A stretch of DNA of 20,000 nt from an uncultured virus (IMG/VR IMGVR_UViG_3300028008_002028) (Duplodnaviria > Heunggongvirae > Uroviricota > Caudoviricetes), in the IMG/VR virus record IMGVR_UViG_3300028008_002028; one strand, given 5' to 3'. This document shows positions 16,427-20,000 of this stretch, piece by piece. Numbering within the stretch: position 1 is the stretch's first letter; every line of letters starts with the position of its first letter. Position numbers and translations under genes: made by a program. The notes below the pieces were generated by a model. It was not told the DNA's origin, did no database searches, and saw only the letters and a program-made list of their open reading frames with translations.

Positions 16427-17908
16427 TTAAATTATTCCTGGTAATGTTCTCATATTTTTCTGTTCAAAGTAATCACCACCTGGTGTATCTCCTGAGAAAT
16501 ATATGGTTTTGTTATTTTGTAATAACTCGTTGAATAGATCAACAAATGCCACCTGAGCATCAAAGTCTGGAGAGTTAATATAGTTAATTTCATACTGCCA
16601 AATATTACTTAACTGCAATAGTGCCACATGATCTTTTCCTACTAGTTCACTTAGCCGTCTCCATTCTTTTACCACATCGATCTTAACAAATTGATGATCA
16701 AGTGTTCTAATAAAATCCCAATGCTCTAACCAATCTTCTTCGTTTTCATAGCTCTCAATAAAGTCTAGTGCATTTTCTTTATCATAATTAATAAATTCTT
16801 CACTTGGTAATCCCAAGTCAGTAATAACATTGAAATTGTCTTTATAGAACTTATCAAAGTCTTTTCCATCCCAATTCTTCAACACAAACTCTTGCCAACC
16901 TATACCAAACGGACTAAAGTCTGTCCATAGGATACGTTTTATTGTATCTCTGTTGTTGCTTATGTGTTTGTATTGGTGCAATCCACTGCACGGTACCACA
17001 AGTGTATCAATACCAATTGGATTTCCAAATGGAACATCTTCAGTGTTAGTAACATACATAATATGTGTATCCATTACTTTGTACTGAAACAGTTCACGTT
17101 TATCGTCACTTACTAGATCGTATCCATAACTACGGCTTTCTTCTAAACTCAATCTTGTGTTAAAGTCATAATCAAAAAACCATTCCTTTGTAAATTCCAT
17201 ATCATCTTCTATGTAGACACATATTTTTCCTTTACGTATTTTATGATTAAGGTTGTATATTACTAGACCATTCTTTAATGCTACTAAAAATAATGTGTTA
17301 AGGAAAAGTTCATCGTTGTATTCTTCCGGCTTTGCTTTTATTTCACTATCACTAGGAGTTAATGCATCAGTGCCTGCTACCCACATTGGAGTATAGTCGT
17401 CGTGTATATGAGTTGTTGACGATTTATATTCTGGATATTGTTCTAACTGCTCGTTTCTCTTATAGTAACTATAAAAGTCATTATCTACATTACAAAACTC
17501 GTTTATATTGATTATAACACATTGCTCATGCCATTGTGGAGCATCTGTGCCACGTTGCAATATATGTCCTGCAGCTAACCAATCGGTTTTATTCCATTCG
17601 TTAATTGAATTCATAAGCTCATCTTCAAACTCACTAGCACCTGGCCATGTTCCATCAAACCATATACATACATAACGAAATCCCATGTTGTTTAACTGAT
17701 CTATAACCTCTTTAAATCCTACCATAGGAGACCAACGATCTGCAGTTGCCCAAGGACTATTGACACTATTATTAATATTAATTTGCATCAGCTTTTTTAG
17801 TTTGCCAATTAATGCATCTTCGCCTTCTAATACAGGATGCATATTTTCATTAAACATTAGATGTATTAATCCATCCATTCTAGCCTGATGTCTTAGTTTT
17901 ATATGCAT
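16427..17908 (-). CDS. Two-domain hypothetical protein (paralog A)
   Basis: 493 aa; shares IWF[DE]G, W..AG, NTE, W.DF.P, SNI and FSG blocks with 17908-19365. Confidence 0.85.
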   Translation of the reverse strand: MHIKLRHQARMDGLIHLMFNENMHPVLEGEDALIGKLKKLMQININNSVNSPWATADRWSPMVGFKEVIDQLNNMGFRYVCIWFDGTWPGASEFEDELMNSINEWNKTDWLAAGHILQRGTDAPQWHEQCVIININEFCNVDNDFYSYYKRNEQLEQYPEYKSSTTHIHDDYTPMWVAGTDALTPSDSEIKAKPEEYNDELFLNTLFLVALKNGLVIYNLNHKIRKGKICVYIEDDMEFTKEWFFDYDFNTRLSLEESRSYGYDLVSDDKRELFQYKVMDTHIMYVTNTEDVPFGNPIGIDTLVVPCSGLHQYKHISNNRDTIKRILWTDFSPFGIGWQEFVLKNWDGKDFDKFYKDNFNVITDLGLPSEEFINYDKENALDFIESYENEEDWLEHWDFIRTLDHQFVKIDVVKEWRRLSELVGKDHVALLQLSNIWQYEINYINSPDFDAQVAFVDLFNELLQNNKTIYFSGDTPGGDYFEQKNMRTLPGII

Positions 17909-19365
17909 TATTCTAATCCTATTCCTTTGTTGTCCGTTGCGCTAAGAATAATTCTTGCTGGACACATTAAATCATTATCGTTTATATCAGTTCCACTAAA
18001 CCAACTATCTACGTGTGTTTCTCTGAGCCGTTCTAGTGTTGCCATAAAACTTTTTTCTAATACAAATGGACCTGCTAATAGTTTTGGCACAATATAACTG
18101 TAAATATTACTACTCCAGAAAAATGTTTTGCAATCAGTCATTGAGTCAAACATCTCACTATATTCATTAATCAAGTCAATAGTAAAGTATTGATGTTCGC
18201 ACTGTTTTACTTTATTCCAAAATTCTAACCAGCTTTCCTGTCCATCAAACATTTCAATAACACTTGGCCAACGTTCTGCAACTAAGTCTACTAGTCCAGC
18301 ATTAGCAGTAGGATGTTCTTCCATCCAATCTTGTACCCATGAAAACAAATCAATTCCATCCCATGATTCCATAGTGTCACGTTTAAACTGCACACTGTCG
18401 GGATCAAAATCAAACCATACAAAACGTGTGTTCTCTGTCATTCCATACTTGTAAGCATAGAACAGAAGCTTAAATCCCGCCGTACAGCCTACATATTGAT
18501 CGAACCCTACATCAAGTGCCTGCGGAGAAATAGTTGGGCTACTAGGCTCTGTATTAACAAAGTAAACAGGGCTTGTAGGCTCAAACATTCTTTTAACAAG
18601 TTTATTACATTGACTTGGTACTGCTTTTTTGTCGTATTCTTGTCCAGTAATTGCTTTTTCATATTCAATAGTATTATCCCATGCCTTGGTTATAAACAAT
18701 TGATCCATTAGTTCATTTGAGATTCCCCATACTGTCATGTTTTGAATAAAACTAAATTGTACCCAACATGCACCATAATTGTGTTGCCACATAAAATTAC
18801 CATGGAATCCATCAGCAAACATCCATTCAGGATCAGCATTAAGTCTATACTCGCTATCCTCGTGATTCTTATCTGGTTCAATATTAATCCACCCAGGGTG
18901 GTGAGCACTTTGCCAAAATGGACCTGGACGGTTTTCTCGGTTTTCTTCCCACTTAGCAATATTTAAAATAATAAATGTTCTTGTAAAGTATGGATAAAAG
19001 TCGTCATGCTGTTTTAATTGTCCAGCAACAATCCAGTGTGGGTCTTCTCTGTTGTAGTCATCAATTTCAGCAAGCAGGTTTAAGTTAAAGTCTTCGTGAT
19101 CAGGCCAAATTCCTTCAAACCATATAACTGCATATTTGTATCCAAGTTTTTGCATTGCTATAATCCAACTTGTATCATATGCGTTATATACATTAACAAT
19201 ACCACCACGTAAATGATTATTGCTTTCTACATCTTGAATTAAACTAAGTTTTTGCTTTAACATAGGAGTATTATTGAACTCTTTATCAAGCGGTAGAAAT
19301 GCATGCACAATAGGCCATGCTTGATCTACGTGACTATATTCCCAATTTTTTTGACCTTGTTTCAT
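17908..19365 (-). CDS. Two-domain hypothetical protein (paralog B)
   Basis: 485 aa; TAATG stop/start overlap with paralog A; same shared motifs. Confidence 0.85.
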   Translation of the reverse strand: MKQGQKNWEYSHVDQAWPIVHAFLPLDKEFNNTPMLKQKLSLIQDVESNNHLRGGIVNVYNAYDTSWIIAMQKLGYKYAVIWFEGIWPDHEDFNLNLLAEIDDYNREDPHWIVAGQLKQHDDFYPYFTRTFIILNIAKWEENRENRPGPFWQSAHHPGWINIEPDKNHEDSEYRLNADPEWMFADGFHGNFMWQHNYGACWVQFSFIQNMTVWGISNELMDQLFITKAWDNTIEYEKAITGQEYDKKAVPSQCNKLVKRMFEPTSPVYFVNTEPSSPTISPQALDVGFDQYVGCTAGFKLLFYAYKYGMTENTRFVWFDFDPDSVQFKRDTMESWDGIDLFSWVQDWMEEHPTANAGLVDLVAERWPSVIEMFDGQESWLEFWNKVKQCEHQYFTIDLINEYSEMFDSMTDCKTFFWSSNIYSYIVPKLLAGPFVLEKSFMATLERLRETHVDSWFSGTDINDNDLMCPARIILSATDNKGIGLE

Positions 19366-19496
19366 TTAGCTGATTTCTCCAACAGTTGATTTAGTTTAAT
19401 TCGTAACTTGTTTAAATGTTTGTCACTAAGTTTCTCAGCCTCACATACACGTATACGTTCTTTTATGATTTCAATTTCTTTGAGAGTATCTGTCAT
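19362..19496 (-). CDS. Hypothetical coiled-coil peptide (44 aa, MTDTLKEIEIIKERIRVC...), not in ORF track
   Basis: Translated by hand; ATGA overlaps at both ends; contains the GGAG SD for the next gene. Confidence 0.7.
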   Translation of the reverse strand: MTDTLKEIEIIKERIRVCEAEKLSDKHLNKLRIKLNQLLEKSAK

Positions 19497-19672
19497 TCTA
19501 TTTTCTTCCAATGATGTGTGTCTTTTTCAGTCGGCAGTTGGCCAATATATTCTTCACCTGTTTCCATATCTATCAGTTTCCATTTGCTTGGACATCTAGT
19601 CTTTACTTTTAGTGTTATTGCTACATCATACGCAGGCACTTCTGCGCCACTAACTCTTAACTTACGGTTCAT
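19493..19672 (-). CDS. Hypothetical phage protein (59 aa, ...KTRCPSKWKLIDMETGEEYIG...), not in ORF track
   Basis: Translated by hand; ATGA overlaps at both ends; T.CP.KW.L.DMETGE.Y.G pattern recalled from small phage proteins. Confidence 0.75.
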   Translation of the reverse strand: MNRKLRVSGAEVPAYDVAITLKVKTRCPSKWKLIDMETGEEYIGQLPTEKDTHHWKKIE

Positions 19673-19998
19673 TTACTTTGTCTTTCGTTTTCTTGTGCTA
19701 CAATGTCCATACCCTCGAGTGGCATATTCAAATAAGTCTTAACCATCTTTTTGAGGTTTATATCTTGTTTATAACGTTCTTCTATATCACGTGTGTACTT
19801 TCGCATGCGAGCATATATCATATACTTGCTGGTGTTGTTTTCCATGTAGGTTGCAAACCTATCCATTTCAGGGTGCTCGTCTTGATTGGCTCTTAGCTTT
19901 CTAATAATAGCATCTCTGTATTCACCTTGCCAAATAGCAGGGCTTAGGTAGTTAGGTGTTTGCAATATGTTAGCAGTAATAAACTTTAAATCAACTGG
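19669..19998 (-). CDS. C-terminal part of a probable further radical SAM protein (5' truncated)
   Basis: Frame is open to the window edge (PVDLKFITANILQTPNYLSP...). NILQTPNYLSP...YM...Y...IE resembles the C-terminus of 13375-14601 (NILNHPRSMNI...YM...Y...MD). Confidence 0.6.
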   Translation of the reverse strand, partial: PVDLKFITANILQTPNYLSPAIWQGEYRDAIIRKLRANQDEHPEMDRFATYMENNTSKYMIYARMRKYTRDIEERYKQDINLKKMVKTYLNMPLEGMDIVAQENERQSK

Positions 19999-20000
19999 AC

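Noticed and set aside
1377..19896. Short antisense or nested ORFs in the track (e.g. 1377-1610, 3368-3574, 4017-4208, 8053-8364, 10572-10975, 11155-11466, 18496-18966, 19408-19896)
   Set aside because: They are shadows of well-supported genes and have no RBS or motifs.
1..20000. CRISPR array, transposase/integrase, tandem repeats or stop-codon recoding
   Set aside because: No regularly spaced repeats or mobile-element motifs seen; genes tile the window in the standard code using TAA, TAG and TGA stops.

Overview
AT-rich, densely packed window that looks like part of a large lytic tailed-phage genome (T4-type thymidylate synthase, consensus sigma70 early promoters in front of small hypothetical genes, T4-late-like ATAAATA boxes); this origin is inferred, not proven. 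The + strand (1-8524) carries a 5'-truncated thyA, a class I methyltransferase, a radical SAM/SPASM-type enzyme, an HtrA-like protease, a putative alginate-lyase-like lipoprotein, a stand-alone small membrane protein gene with a structured, probably pseudoknotted 5' leader, a small beta-barrel-like protein plus a DUF6580-like transporter, several early hypothetical genes and a thermonuclease. The - strand (8555-20000) is a translationally coupled ~11.4 kb tailoring-enzyme cluster: four complete radical SAM genes (one split into core and stand-alone SPASM-like genes) plus the tail of a probable fifth, two Asp/Asn beta-hydroxylase-like 2OG-Fe(II) oxygenases, an SDR, two paralogous ~490-aa unknown proteins and a class 3 lipase. 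Most notable: the radical SAM/oxygenase cluster, a palindromic operator (YAAGAYRTCTTR) in three early-promoter spacers, the leader RNA at 5291-5360, and a hairpin upstream of htrA enclosing a late-promoter-like box.
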